From: Eledone cirrhosa | Taxonomy: Eukaryota | Length of the DNA: 64,000 bases | Assembly: GCA_964016885.1 (NCBI GenBank) | Contig: OZ024743.1 | Location: 140,492,001-140,556,000 of the forward strand | Direction: 5' to 3' | Shown: one piece after another, positions 23,560 to 35,311 of the stretch | Layout of the letters: the number at the start of each line of letters is the position of its first letter | Numbering within the stretch: the stretch's first letter is position 1 | Notes under the pieces: model-generated | Told to the model about the DNA's origin: nothing | Seen by the model: only the letters and a program-made list of their open reading frames with translations | The model's database searches: none | Position numbers and translations under genes: made by a program

Positions 23560-25140
23560 TTGGTGTTTGGTGTTTGGTGCTTGGTGCTTGGTGCTTGGTG
23601 TTTGGTGCTTGGTGCTTGGTGTTTGGTGCTTGGTGCTTAGTGTTTGGTGCTTGGTGCTTAGTGTTTGGTGCTAGGTGCTTGGTGTTTGGTGCTTGGTGCT
23701 TGGTGTTTGGTGCCTGGTGCTTGGTGTTTGGTGTTTGGTGTTTGGTGCTTGGTGCTTGGTGTTTGGGTTTTGCTGTTTGCTGTTTGGTGTTTGTTGTTTG
23801 GTGTTTGTTGTTTGGTGTTTGCTGTTTGGTGTTTGGTGTTTGCTTTTTGGTGTTTGGTGTTTGCTGTATGTTGTTTGCTGTTTGGTGTTTGGTGTTTGGT
23901 GTTTGGTGCTTGGTGCTTGCTGCTGGCTGCTTGGTGCTTGGTGTTTGGTGCCTGGTGCTTGGTGCTTGGTGCTTGGTGTTTGGTGTTTGGTGCTTGGTGC
24001 TTGGAGTTTGGTGTTTGGTGCTTGGTGCTTGGTATTTCGTGTTTCGTGTTTGGTTTTTGGTGCTTGGTGCTTGGTGCTTGGTCCTTGGTGTTTGGTGCTG
24101 GGTGCTTGGTGTTTGGTGCTTGGTGCTTGGTCTTTGGTGCTTTGTGTTTGGTGCTTGGTGCTTGGTGTTTGGTGCTTGGTGCTTGGTGTTTGGTGCTTGG
24201 TGCTTGGTGCTTGGTGTTTGGTTTTTGGTGCTTGGTGTTTGGTGTTTGGTGTTTGGTGCTTGCTGCTGGCTGCTTGGTGTTTGATGCATGGTGATTTGTG
24301 CTTGGTGTTTGGTGCTTGGTGTTTGGTGTTTGATGCTTGGTGCTTGGTGTTTGGTGTTTGGTGTTTGGTGCTTGGTGCTTGGTGCTTGGTGTTTGGTGCT
24401 TGGTGCTTGGTGTTTGGTGCTTGGTGCTTAGTGTTTGGTGCTTGGTGCTTAGTGTTTGGTGCTAGGTGCTTGGTGTTTGGTGCTTGGTGCTTGGTGTTTG
24501 GTGCCTGGTGCTTGGTGTTTGGTGTTTGGTGTTTGGTGCTTGGTGCTTGGTGTTTGGTGTTTGCTGTTTGCTGTTTGGTGTTTGTTGTTTGGTGTTTGTT
24601 GTTTGGTGTTTGCTGTTTGGTGTTTGGTGTTTGCTTTTTGGTGTTTGGTGTTTGCTGTATGTTGTTTGCTGTTTGGTGTTTGTTGTTTGGTGTTTGGTGC
24701 TTGGTGCTTGCTGCTGGCTGCTTGGTGCTTGGTGTTTGGTGCCTGGTGCTTGGTGCTTGGTGCTTGGTGTTTGGTGTTTGGTGCTTGGTGCTTGGAGTTT
24801 GGTGTTTGGTGCTTGGTGCTAGGTATTTCGTGTTTCGTGTTTGGTTTTTGGTGCTTGGTGCTTGGTGCTTGGTCCTTGGTGTTTGGTGCTGGGTGCTTGG
24901 TGTTTGGTGCTTGGTGCTTGGTCTTTGGTGCTTTGTGTTTGGTGCTTGGTGCTTGGTGTTTGGTGCTTGGTGCTTGGTGTTTGGTGCTTGGTGCTTGGTG
25001 TTTGGTTTTTGGGGCTTGGTGTTTGGTGTTTGGTGTTTGGTGCTTGCTGCTGGCTGCTTGGTGTTTGATGCATGGTGATTTGTGCTTGGTGTTTGGTGCT
25101 TGGTGTTTGGTGTTTGATGCTTGGTGCTTGGTGTTTGGTG
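23560..25140. repeat. Tandem duplication, period about 790 bp (791, then 784 after loss of one monomer)
   Basis: ORF pairs 23665/24456 and 23675/24466 (791 = 113x7). The TTAG landmark is at 23639/24430 and TTGATGCATGG at 24281/25065. Boundaries are approximate. Confidence 0.85.
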
Positions 25141-28100
25141 TTTGATGCTTGGTGCTTGGTGCTTGGTGCTTGGTGCTTGGTGTTTGGTGCTTGGTGTTTG
25201 GTGTTTGGTGCTTGGTGATTCATGTTTCTACTTGGTGCTTGGTGCTTGGTTCTTGGTATTTGGTGCTTGGTGCTTGGTGTTTGGTGTTATATGCTTGGTG
25301 TTTGATGCTTGGTGCTTGGTGTTTGGTGTTTGGTGTTTGATGCTTGGTGCTTGGTGTTTGGTGCTTGGTGCTTGGTGTTTGTACTTGGTGCTTGGTGCTC
25401 GGTGCTTGGTGTTTGGTGCTTGGTATTTGGTGCTTGGTGCTTGGTGCTTGGTCCTTGGTGCTTGGTGTTTGGTGGTTGGTGTTTGGTGGATGGTGTTAGG
25501 TGTTTGGTGCTTGGTGCTTGGTGTTTGGTGTTTGGTGCTTGGTGTTTGGTGTTTGGTGCTTGGTGTTTGGTGCTTGGTACTTGGTGCTTGGTGCTTGGTG
25601 TTAGGTGTTTGGTGCTTGGTGTTTGGTGCTTGGTGTTTGGTGCTTGGTGTTTGGTGCTTGGTGTTTGGTGGTTGGTGTTAGGTGTTTGGTGCTTGGTGCT
25701 TGGTGTTTGGTGTTTGGTGCTTGGTGTTTGGTGTTTGGTGCTTGGTGTTTGGTGCTTGGTACTTGGTGCTTGGTGCTTGGTGTTAGGTGTTTGGTGCTTG
25801 GTGTTTGGTGCTTGGTGTTTGGTGCTTGGTGCTTGGTGTTTGGTGCTTGGTGTTTGGTGTTTGGTGCTTGGTCATTGGTGTTTCTACTTGGTGCTTGGTG
25901 CTTGGTTCTTGGTGTTTGGTGCTTGGTGCTTGGTGTTTGGTGTTATATGCTTGGTGTTTGATGCTTGGTGCTTGGTGCTTGGTGTTTGGTGTTTGGTGTT
26001 TGATGCTTGGTGCTTGGTGTTTGGTGCTTGGTGCTTGGTGTTTGTACTTGGTGCTTGGTGCTTGGTGCTTGGTGTTTGGTGCTTGGTATTTGGTGCTTGG
26101 TGCTTGGTGCTTGGTCCTTGGTGCTTGGTGTTTGGTGGTTGGTGTTTGGTGGTTGGTGTTAGGTGTTTGGTGCTTGGTGCTTGGTGTTTGGTGTTTGGTG
26201 TTTGGTGTTTGGTGTTTGGTGCTTGGTGTTTGGTGCTTGGTACTTGGTGCTTGGTGCTTGGTGTTAGGTGTTTGGTGCTTGGTGTTTGGTGCTTGGTGTT
26301 TGGTGCTTGGTGCTTGGTGCTTGGTGCTTGGTGTTTGGTGGTTGGTGTTTGGTGCTTGGTGTTTGGTGCTTGGTGTTACGTGTTTGGTGCTTGGTGCTTG
26401 GTGTTTGGTGTTTGGTGCTTGGTGTTTGGTGTTTGGTGCTTGGTGTTTGGTGCTTTTTGCTTGGTGCTTGGTGCTTGGTGTTTGGTGCTGGGTGCTTGGT
26501 GCTTGGTGTTTGGTGTTATATGCTTGGTGTTTGATGCTTGGTGCTTGGTGCTTGGTGTTTGGTGTTTGGTGCTTGGTGTTTGATGCTTGGTGCTTGGTGC
26601 TTGGTGTTTGGTGCTTGGTGCTTGGTGTTTGGTGCTTGGTGCTTGGTGTTTGGTGCTTGGTGTTTGGTGCTTGGTGTTTGGTGCTTGGTGCTTGGTGCTT
26701 GGTGCTTGGTGCTTGGTGTTTGGTGTTTGGTGCTTGGTGTTTGGTGCTTGGTGTTTGGTGCTTGCTGCTGGCTGCTTGGTGTTTGGTGCTTGGTGATTGG
26801 TGCTTGGTGTTTGGTGTTTGGTGCTAGGTGCTTGGTGTTTGGTGATTGGTGCTTGGTGTTTGTACTTGGTGCTTGGTGCTTGGTTCTTGGTGTTTGGTGC
26901 TTCGTGCTTGGTGTTTGGTGCTTGGTGCTTGGTGTTTGGTGCTTGGTGTTTGGTGCTTGGTGTTTGGTGCTTGGTGCTTGGTGCTTGGTGTTTGGTGCTT
27001 GGTTTTTAGTGCTTGGTGTTAGGTGTTTGGTGCTTGGTGCTTGGTGTTTGGTGTTTGGTGCTTGGTGTTTGGTGTTTGGTGTTATATGCTTGGTGTTTGA
27101 TGCTTGGTGCTTGGTGCTTGGTGTTTGGCGCTTGGTGTTTGATGCTTGGTGCTTGGTGCTTGGTGTTTGGTGCTTGGTGCTTGGTGTTTGTACTTGGTGC
27201 TTGGTGCTTGGTTCTTGGTGTTTGGTGCCTGGTGTTTGGTGTTTGGTGCTTGGTGTTTGGTGTTTGGTGTTATATGCTTGGTGTTTGATGCTTGGTGCTT
27301 GGTGCTTGGTGTTTGGTGCTTGGTGTTTGATGCTTGGTGCTTGGTGCTTGGTGTTTGGTGCTTGGTGCTTGGTGTTTGTACTTGGTGCTTGGTGCTTGGT
27401 TCTTGGTGTTTGGTGCTTGGTGCTTGGTGTTTGGTGCTTGGTGTTTGGTGTTTGGTGCTTGGTGTTTGGTGCTTGGTGTTTGGTGCTTGGTGCTTGGTGC
27501 TTAGTGCTTGGTGTTTGGTGCTTGGTGTTAGGTGTTTGGTGCTTGGTGCTTGGTGTTTGGTGTTTGGTGCTTGGTGTTTGGTGCTTGGTGTTTGGTGTTA
27601 GGTGTTTGGTGCTTGGTGTTTGGTGTTTGGTGCTTGGTGTTTGGTGCTTGGTGTTTGGTGCTTAGTGTTTGGTGCTTGGTACTTGGTGCTTGGTGCTTCG
27701 TGTTAGGTGTTTGGTGCTTGGTGCTTGGTGTTTGGTTTTTGGTGCTTGGTGCTTGGTGTTTGGTGTTTGGTGCTTGCTGCTGGCTGCTTGGTGTTTGATG
27801 CTTGGTGATTGGTGCTTGGTGTTTTGTGTTTGGTGCTTGGTGCTTGGTGTTTGGTGCTTGGTGCTTGGTGTTTGGTGCTTGGTGCTTGGTGTTTGGTTTC
27901 TGGTGCTTGGTGTTTGGTGTTTGGTGTTTGGTGCTTGCTGCTGGCTGCTTGGTGTTTGATGCATGGTGATTTGTGCTTGGTGTTTGGTGCTTGGTGTTTG
28001 GTGTTTGATGCTTGGTGCTTGGTGTTTGGTGTTTGATGCTTGGTGCTTGGTGCTTGGTGCTTGGTGCTTGGTGTTTGTTGTTTGGTGTTTGCTGTTTGGT

Positions 28101-31100
28101 GTTTGGTGTTTGCTTTTTGGTGTTTGGTGTTTGCTGTATGTTGTTTGGTGTTTGGTATTTGGTGTTTGGTGTTTGGTGCTTGCTGCTGGCTGCTTGGTGT
28201 TTGATGCTTGGTGATTGGTGCTTGGTGTTTTGTGCTTGGTGTTTGGTGTTTGGTGCTAGGTGCTTGGTGTTTGGTGCTTGGTGCTTGGTGCTTGGTGTTT
28301 GGTGTTTGGTGTTAGGTGCTTCATGCTTGGTGTTTGGTGCTTGGTGCTGAGTGGTTGGTGTTTAGTGCTTGGTGTTTGGTGCTGGGTGCTTGGTGTTTGG
28401 TGCTTGGTGCTTGGTCTTTGGTGCTTGGTGTTTGGTGTTTGGTGCTTGGTGCTTGGTGCTTGGTGTTTGGTGCTTGGTGCTTGGTGTTTGGTGCTTGGTG
28501 CTTAGTGTTTGGTGCTTGGTGCTTAGTGTTTGGTGCTAGGTGCTTGGTGTTTGGTGCTTGGTGCTTGGTGTTTGGTGCCTGGTGCTTGGTGTTTGGTGTT
28601 TGGTGTTTGGTGCTTGGTGCTTGGTGTTTGGTGTTTGCTGTTTGCTGTTTGGTGTTTGTTGTTTGGTGTTTGTTGTTTGGTGTTTGCTGTTTGGTGTTTG
28701 GTGTTTGCTTTTTGGTGTTTGGTGTTTGCTGTATGTTGTTTGCTGTTTGGTGTTTGGTGTTTGGTGTTTGGTGCTTGGTGCTTGCTGCTGGCTGCTTGGT
28801 GCTTGGTGTTTGGTGCCTGGTGCTTGGTGCTTGGTGCTTGGTGTTTGGTGTTTGGTGCTTGGTGCTTGGAGTTTGGTGTTTGGTGCTTGGTGCTTGGTAT
28901 TTCGTGTTTCGTGTTTGGTTTTTGGTGCTTGGTGCTTGGTGCTTGGTCCTTGGTGTTTGGTGCTGGGTGCTTGGTGTTTGGTGCTTGGTGCTTGGTCTTT
29001 GGTGCTTTGTGTTTGGTGCTTGGTGCTTGGTGTTTGGTGCTTGGTGCTTGGTGTTTGGTGCTTGGTGCTTGGTGTTTGGTTTTTGGTGCTTGGTGTTTGG
29101 TGTTTGGTGTTTGGTGCTTGCTGATAGCTGCTTGGTGTTTGATGCATGGTGATTTGTGCTTGCTGTTTGGTGCTTGGTGTTTGGTGTTTGATGCTTGGTG
29201 CTTGGTGTTTGGTGTTTGATGCTTGGTGCTTGGTGCTTGGTGCTTGGTGCTTGGTGTTTGGTGCTTGGTGTTTGGTGTTTGGTGCTTGGTGATTCATGTT
29301 TCTACTTGGTGCTTGGTGCTTGGTTCTTGGTATTTGGTGCTTGGTGCTTGGTGTTTGGTGTTATATGCTTGGTGTTTGATGCTTGGTGCTTGGTGTTTGG
29401 TGTTTGGTGTTTGATGCTTGGTGCTTGGTGTTTGGTGCTTGGTGCTTGGTGTTTGTACTTGGTGCTTGGTGCTTGGTGCTTGGTGTTTGGTGCTTGGTAT
29501 TTGGTGCTTGGTGCTTGGTGCTTGGTCCTTGGTGCTTGGTGTTTGGTGGTTGGTGTTTGGTGGTTGGTGTTAGGTGTTTGGTGCTTGGTGCTTGGTGTTT
29601 GGTGTTTGGTGCTTGGTGTTTGGTGTTTGGTGCTTGGTGTTTGGTGCTTGGTACTTGGTGCTTGGTGCTTGGTGTTAGGTGTTTGGTGCTTGGTGTTTGG
29701 TGCTTGGTGTTTGGTGCTTGGTGTTTGGTGCTTGGTGTTTGGTGGTTGGTGTTAGGTGTTTGGTGCTTGGTGCTTGGTGTTTGGTGTTTGGTGCTTGGTG
29801 TTTGGTGTTTGGTGCTTGGTGTTTGGTGCTTGGTACTTGGTGCTTGGTGCTTGGTGTTAGGTGTTTGGTGCTTGGTGTTTGGTGCTTGGTGTTTGGTGCT
29901 TGGTGCTTGGTGTTTGGTGCTTGTTGTTTGGTGTTTGGTGCTTGGTCATTGGTGTTTCTACTTGGTGGTTGGTGCTTGGTTCTTGGTGTTTGGTGCTTGG
30001 TGCTTGGTGTTTGGTGTTATATGCTTGGTGTTTGATGCTTGGTGCTTGGTGCTTGGTGTTTGGTGTTTGGTGTTTGATGCTTGGTGCTTGGTGTTTGGTG
30101 CTTGGTGCTTGGTGTTTGTACTTGGTGCTTGGTGCTTGGTGCTTGGTGTTTGGTGCTTGGTATTTGGTGCTTGGTGCTTGGTGCTTGGTCCTTGGTGCTT
30201 GGTGTTTGGTGGTTGGTGTTTGGTGGTTGGTGTTAGGTGTTTGGTGCTTGGTGCTTGGTGTTTGGTGTTTGGTGCTTGGTGTTTGGTGCTTGGTGCTTGG
30301 TGTTTGGTGCTTGGTACTTGGTGCTTGGTGCTTGGTGTTAGGTGTTTGGTTCTTGGTGTTTGGTGCTTGGTGTTTGGTGCTTGGTGCTTGGTGCTTGGTG
30401 CTTGGTGTTTGGTGGTTGGTGTTTGGTGCTTGGTGTTTGGTGCTTGGTGTTACGTGTTTGGTGCTTGGTGCTTGGTGTTTGGTGTTTGGTGCTTGGTGTT
30501 TGGTGTTTGGTGCTTGGTGTTTGGTGCTTTTTGCTTCGTGCTTGGTGCTTGGTGTTTGGTGCTGGGTGCTTGGTGCTTGGTGTTTGGTGTTATATGCTTG
30601 GTGTTTGATGCTTGGTGCTTGGTGCTTGGTGTTTGGTGTTTGGTGCTTGGTGTTTGATGCTTGGTGCTTGGTGCTTGGTGTTTGGTGCTTGGTGCTTGGT
30701 GTTTGGTGCTTGGTGCTTGGTGTTTGGTGCTTGGTGTTTGGTGCTTGGTGTTTGGTGCTTGGTGCTTGGTGCTTGGTGCTTGGTGTTTGGTGTTTGGTGC
30801 TTGGTGTTTGGTGCTTGGTACTTGGTGCTTGGTGCTTGGTGTTAGGTGTTTGGTGCTTGGTGCTTGGTGTCTGGTTTTTGGTGCTTGGTGCTTGGTGTTT
30901 GGTGCTTGCTGCTGGCTGCTTGGTGTTTGGTGCTTGGTGATTGGTGCTTGGTGTTTGGTGTTTGGTGCTAGGTGCTTGGTGTTTGGTGCTTGGTGCTTGG
31001 TGTTTGTACTTGGTGCTTGGTGCTTGGTTCTTGGTGTTTGGTGCTTCGTGCTTGGTGTTTGGTGCTTGGTGCTTGGTGTTTGGTGCTTGGTGTTTGGTGC

Positions 31101-32280
31101 TTGGTGTTTGGTGCTTGGTGCTTGGTGCTTGGTGTTTGGTGCTTGGTTTTTAGTGCTTGGTGTTAGGTGTTTGGTGCTTGGTGCTTGGTGTTTGGTGTTT
31201 GGTGCTTGGTGTTTGGTGTTTGGTGTTATATGCTTGGTATTTGATGCTTCGTGCTTGGTGCTTGGTGTTTGGCGCTTGGTGTTTGATGCTTGGTGCTTGG
31301 TGCTTGGTGTTTGGTGCTTGGTGCTTGGTGTTTGTACTTGGTGCTTGGTGCTTGGTTCTTGGTGTTTGGTGCCTGGTGTTTGGTGTTTGGTGTTTGGTGT
31401 TTGGTGTTTGGTGTTATATGCTTGGTGTTTGATGCTTGGTGCTTGGTGCTTGGTGTTTGGAGCTTGGTGTTTGATGCTTGGTGCTTGGTGCTTGGTGTTT
31501 GGTGCTTGGTGCTTGGTGTTTGTACTTGGTGCTTGGTGCTTGGTTCTTGGTGTTTGGTGCTTGGTGCTTGGTGTTTGGTGCTTGGTGTTTGGTGCTTGGT
31601 GTTTGGTGCTTGGTGCTTGGTGCTTAGTGCTTGGTGTTTGGTGCTTGGTGTTAGGTGTTTGGTGCTTGGTGCTTGGTGTTTGGTGTTTGGTGCTTGGTGT
31701 TTGGTGCTTGGTGTTTGGTGTTAGGTGTTTGGTGCTTGGTGTTTGGTGTTTGGTGCTTGGTGTTTGGTGCTTGGTGTTTGGTGCTTGGTGTTTGGTGCTT
31801 GGTACTTGGTGCTTGGTGCTTCGTGTTAGGTGTTTGGTGCTTGGTGCTTGGTGTTTGGTTTTTGGTGCTTGGTGCTTGGTGTTTGGTGTTTGGTGCTTGC
31901 TGCTGGCTGCTTGGTGTTTGATGCTTGGTGATTGGTGCTTGGTGTTTTGTGTTTGGTGCTTGGTGCTTGGTGTTTGGTGCTTGGTGCTTGGTGTTTGGTG
32001 CTTGGTGCTTGGTGTTTGGTTTTTGGTGCTTGGTGTTTGGTGTTTGGTGTTTGGTGCTTGCTGCTGGCTGCTTGGTGTTTGATGCATGGTGATTTGTGCT
32101 TGGTGTTTGGTGCTTGGTGTTTGGTGTTTGATGCTTGGTGCTTGGTGTTTGGTGTTTGATGCTTGGTGCTTGGTGCTTGGTGCTTGGTGCTTGGTGTTTG
32201 TTGTTTGGTGTTTGCTGTTTGGTGTTTGGTGTTTGCTTTTTGGTGTTTGGTGTTTGCTGTATGTTGTTTGGTGTTTGGTG
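24360..32280. repeat. Slightly diverged tandem duplication, period about 4.1 kb (offset 4074, then 4144, then 4123)
   Basis: ORF pairs 24456/28530, 25121/29195 and 26538/30612 (4074); 26797/30941 and 27146/31290 (4144); 27532/31655 and 27963/32086 (4123). Private variants TGATTCATGTTTCTAC and GGTTTTTAGTG are shared. Boundaries are approximate. Confidence 0.88.
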
Positions 32281-34635
32281 TTTGGTGTTTGGTGTTTGGT
32301 GTTTGGTGCTTGTTGCTTGGTGTTTGGTGCTTGGTGCTTGGTGTTTGTTGCCTGGTGCTTGGTGCTTGGTGCTTGGTGTTTGGTGTTTGGTGCTTGGTGC
32401 TTGGAGTTTGGTGTTTGGTGCTTGGTGCTTGGTGTTTCGTGTTTCGTGTTTGGTTTTTGGTGCTTGGTGCTTGGTGCTTGGTCCTTGGTGTTTGGTGCTG
32501 GGTGCATTGTGTTTGGTGCTTGGTGCTTGGTGCTTGGTGTTTGGTGTTTGCTGCTTGGTGTTTGATGCTTGGTGCTTGGTGGTTGGTGTTTTGTGTTTGG
32601 TGCTTGGTGCTTGGTGTTTGGTGCTTGGTGCTTGGTGCTTGGTGTTTGGTTCTTGGTTCTTGGTGTTTGGTGTTTGGCGTTTGGTGTTTGGTGCTTGGTG
32701 CTTGGTGTTTGGTGCTTGGTGCTTGGTGTTTGGTGCCTGGTGCTTGGTGCTTGGTGCTTGGTGTGTGGTGTTTGGTGCTTGGTGCTTGGTGCTTGGAGTT
32801 TGGTGTTTGGTGCTTGGTGCTTTGTGTTTTGTGTCTGGTGTTTGGTTTTTGGTGCTTGGTGCTTGGTCATTGGTGTTTGGTGCTGGGTGCTTTGTGTTTT
32901 GTGCTTGGTGCTTGGTGTTTGGTGTTTGCTGCTTGGTGTTTGATGCTTGGTGCTTGGTGCTTGGTGTTTTGTGTTTGGTGCTTGGTTCTTGGTGTTTGGT
33001 GCTTGGTGCTTGGTACTTGGTGTTTGTACTTGGTGCTTGGTGCTTGGTGTTTGGTTCTTGGTTCTTGGTGTTTGGTACTTGGTGCTTGGTGCTTGATGTT
33101 TGGTGTTTGGTGCTTGGTGTTTGGTGCTTGGTACTTGGTGTTTGGTGCTTGGGGTTAGGTGTTTGGTGTTTTGTGCTTGGTGTTTGGTGTTTGGTGCTAG
33201 GTGCTTGGTGTTTGGTGCTTGGTGCTTGGTGCTTGGTGCTTGGTGCTTGGTGTTTGGTGTTTGGTGCTAGGTGCTTGGTGTTTGGTGCTTGGTGCTTGGT
33301 GCTTGGTGTTTGGTGTTTGGTTTTAGGTGCTTGGTGCTTGGTGTTTGGTGCTTGGTGCTGGGTGGTTGGTGTTTAGTGCTTGGTGTTTGGTGCTGGGTGC
33401 TTGGTGTTTGGTGCTTGGTGCTTGGTCTTTGGTGCTTGGTGTTTGGTGTTTGGTGCTTGGTGCTTGGTGCTTGGTGTTTGGTGCTTGGTGCTTGGTGTTT
33501 GGTGCTTGGTGCTTAGTGTTTGGTGCTTGGTGTTTGGTGCTTGGTGCTTAGTGTTTGGTGCTTGGTGCTTAGTGTTTGGTGCTAGGTGCTTGGTGTTTGG
33601 TGCTTGGTGCTTGGTGTTTAGTGCTTAGTGTTTGGTGCTTGGTGCTTGGTGTTTGGTGTTTGCTGTTTGCTGTTTGGTGTTTGTTGTTTGGTGTTTGTTG
33701 TTTGGTGTTTGCTGTTTGGTGTTTGGTGTTTGCTTTTTGGTGTTTGGTGTTTGCTGTATGTTGTTTGGTGTTTGGTGTTTGGTGTTTGGTGTTTGGTGCT
33801 TGGTGCTTGATGTTTGGTGCCTGGTGCTTGGTGCTTGGTGCTTGGTGTTTAGTGTTTGGTGCTTGGTGCTTGGAGTTTGGTGTTTGGTGCTTGGTGCTTG
33901 GTGTTTCGTGTTTCGTGTTTGGTTTTTGGTGCTTGGTGCTTGGTGCTTGGTCCTTGGTGTTTGGTGCTGGGTGCATTGTGTTTGGTGCTTGGTGCTTGGT
34001 GCTTGGTGTTTGGTGTTTGCTGCTTGGTGTTTGATGCTTGGTGCTTGGTGGTTGGTGTTTTGTGTTTGGTGCTTGGTGCTTGGTGTTTGGTGCTTGGTGC
34101 TTGGTGCTTGGTGTTTGGTTCTTGGTTCTTGGTGTTTGGTGTTTGGCGTTTGGTGTTTGGTGCTTGGTGCTTGGTGTTTGGTGCTTGGTGCTTGGTGTTT
34201 GGTGCCTGGTGCTTGGTGCTTGGTGCTTGGTGTTTGGTGTTTGGTGCTTGGTGCTTGGTGCTTGGAGTTTGGTGTTTGGTGCTTGGTGCTTTGTGTTTTG
34301 TGTTTGGTGTTTGGTTTTTGGTGCTTGGTGCTTGGTCATTGGTGTTTGGTGCTGGGTGCTTTGTGTTTTGTGCTTGGTGCTTGGTGTTTGGTGTTTGCTG
34401 CTTGGTGTTTGATGCTTGGTGCTTGGTGCTTGGTGTTTTGTGTTTGGTGCTTGGTTCTTGGTGTTTGGTGCTTGGTGCTTGGTACTTGGTGTTTGTACTT
34501 GGTGCTTGGTGCTTGGTGTTTGGTTCTTGGTTCTTGGTGTTTGGTACTTGGTGGTTGGTGCTTGATGTTTGGTGTTTGGTGCTTGGTGTTTGGTGCTTGG
34601 TACTTGGTGCTTGGTGCTTGGGGTTAGGTGTTTGG
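32190..34635. repeat. Duplicated ~1-kb segment, offset 1469 bp, with a third copy at about 22400-23360
   Basis: ORFs 22763/32569/34038 are near-identical. TTGGTCA-TTGGTGT-TTGGTGC-TGGG and TTGGGGT-TAGG are shared (about 23343, 33149, 34618). Confidence 0.82.
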
Positions 34636-35311
34636 TGCTTGGTGCTTGGTGTTTGGTTTTTGGTGCTTGGTGCTTGGAGTTTGGTGTTTGGTGCTTGCTG
34701 CTGGCTGCTTGGTGTTTGATGCTTGGTGATTGGTGCTTGGTGTTTTGTGCTTGGTGTTTGGTGTTTGGTGCTAGGTGCTTGGTGTTTGGTGCTTGGTGCT
34801 TGGTGCTTGGTGTTTGGTGTTTGGTGTTAGGTGCTTCATGCTTGGTGTTTGGTGCTTGGTGCTGAGTGGTTGGTGTTTAGTGCTTGGTGTTTGGTGCTGG
34901 GTGCTTGGTGTTTGGTGCTTGGTGCTTGGTCTTTGGTGCTTGGTGTTTGGTGTTTGGTGCTTGGTGCTTGGTGCTTGGTGTTTGGTGCTTGGTGCTTGGT
35001 GTTTGGTGCTTGGTGCTTAGTGTTTGGTGCTTGGTGCTTAGTGTTTGGTGCTAGGTGCTTGGTGTTTGGTGCTTGGTGCTTGGTGTTTGGTGCCTGGTGC
35101 TTGGTGTTTGGTGTTTGGTGTTTGGTGCTTGGTGCTTGTTGTTTGGTGTTTGCTGTTTGCTGTTTGGTGTTTGTTGTTTGGTGTTTGTTGTTTGGTGTTT
35201 GCTGTTTGGTGTTTGGTGTTTGCTTTTTGGTGTTTGGTGTTTGCTGTATGTTGTTTGCTGTTTGGTGTTTGGTGTTTGGTGTTTGGTGCTTGGTGCTTGC
35301 TGCTGGCTGCT

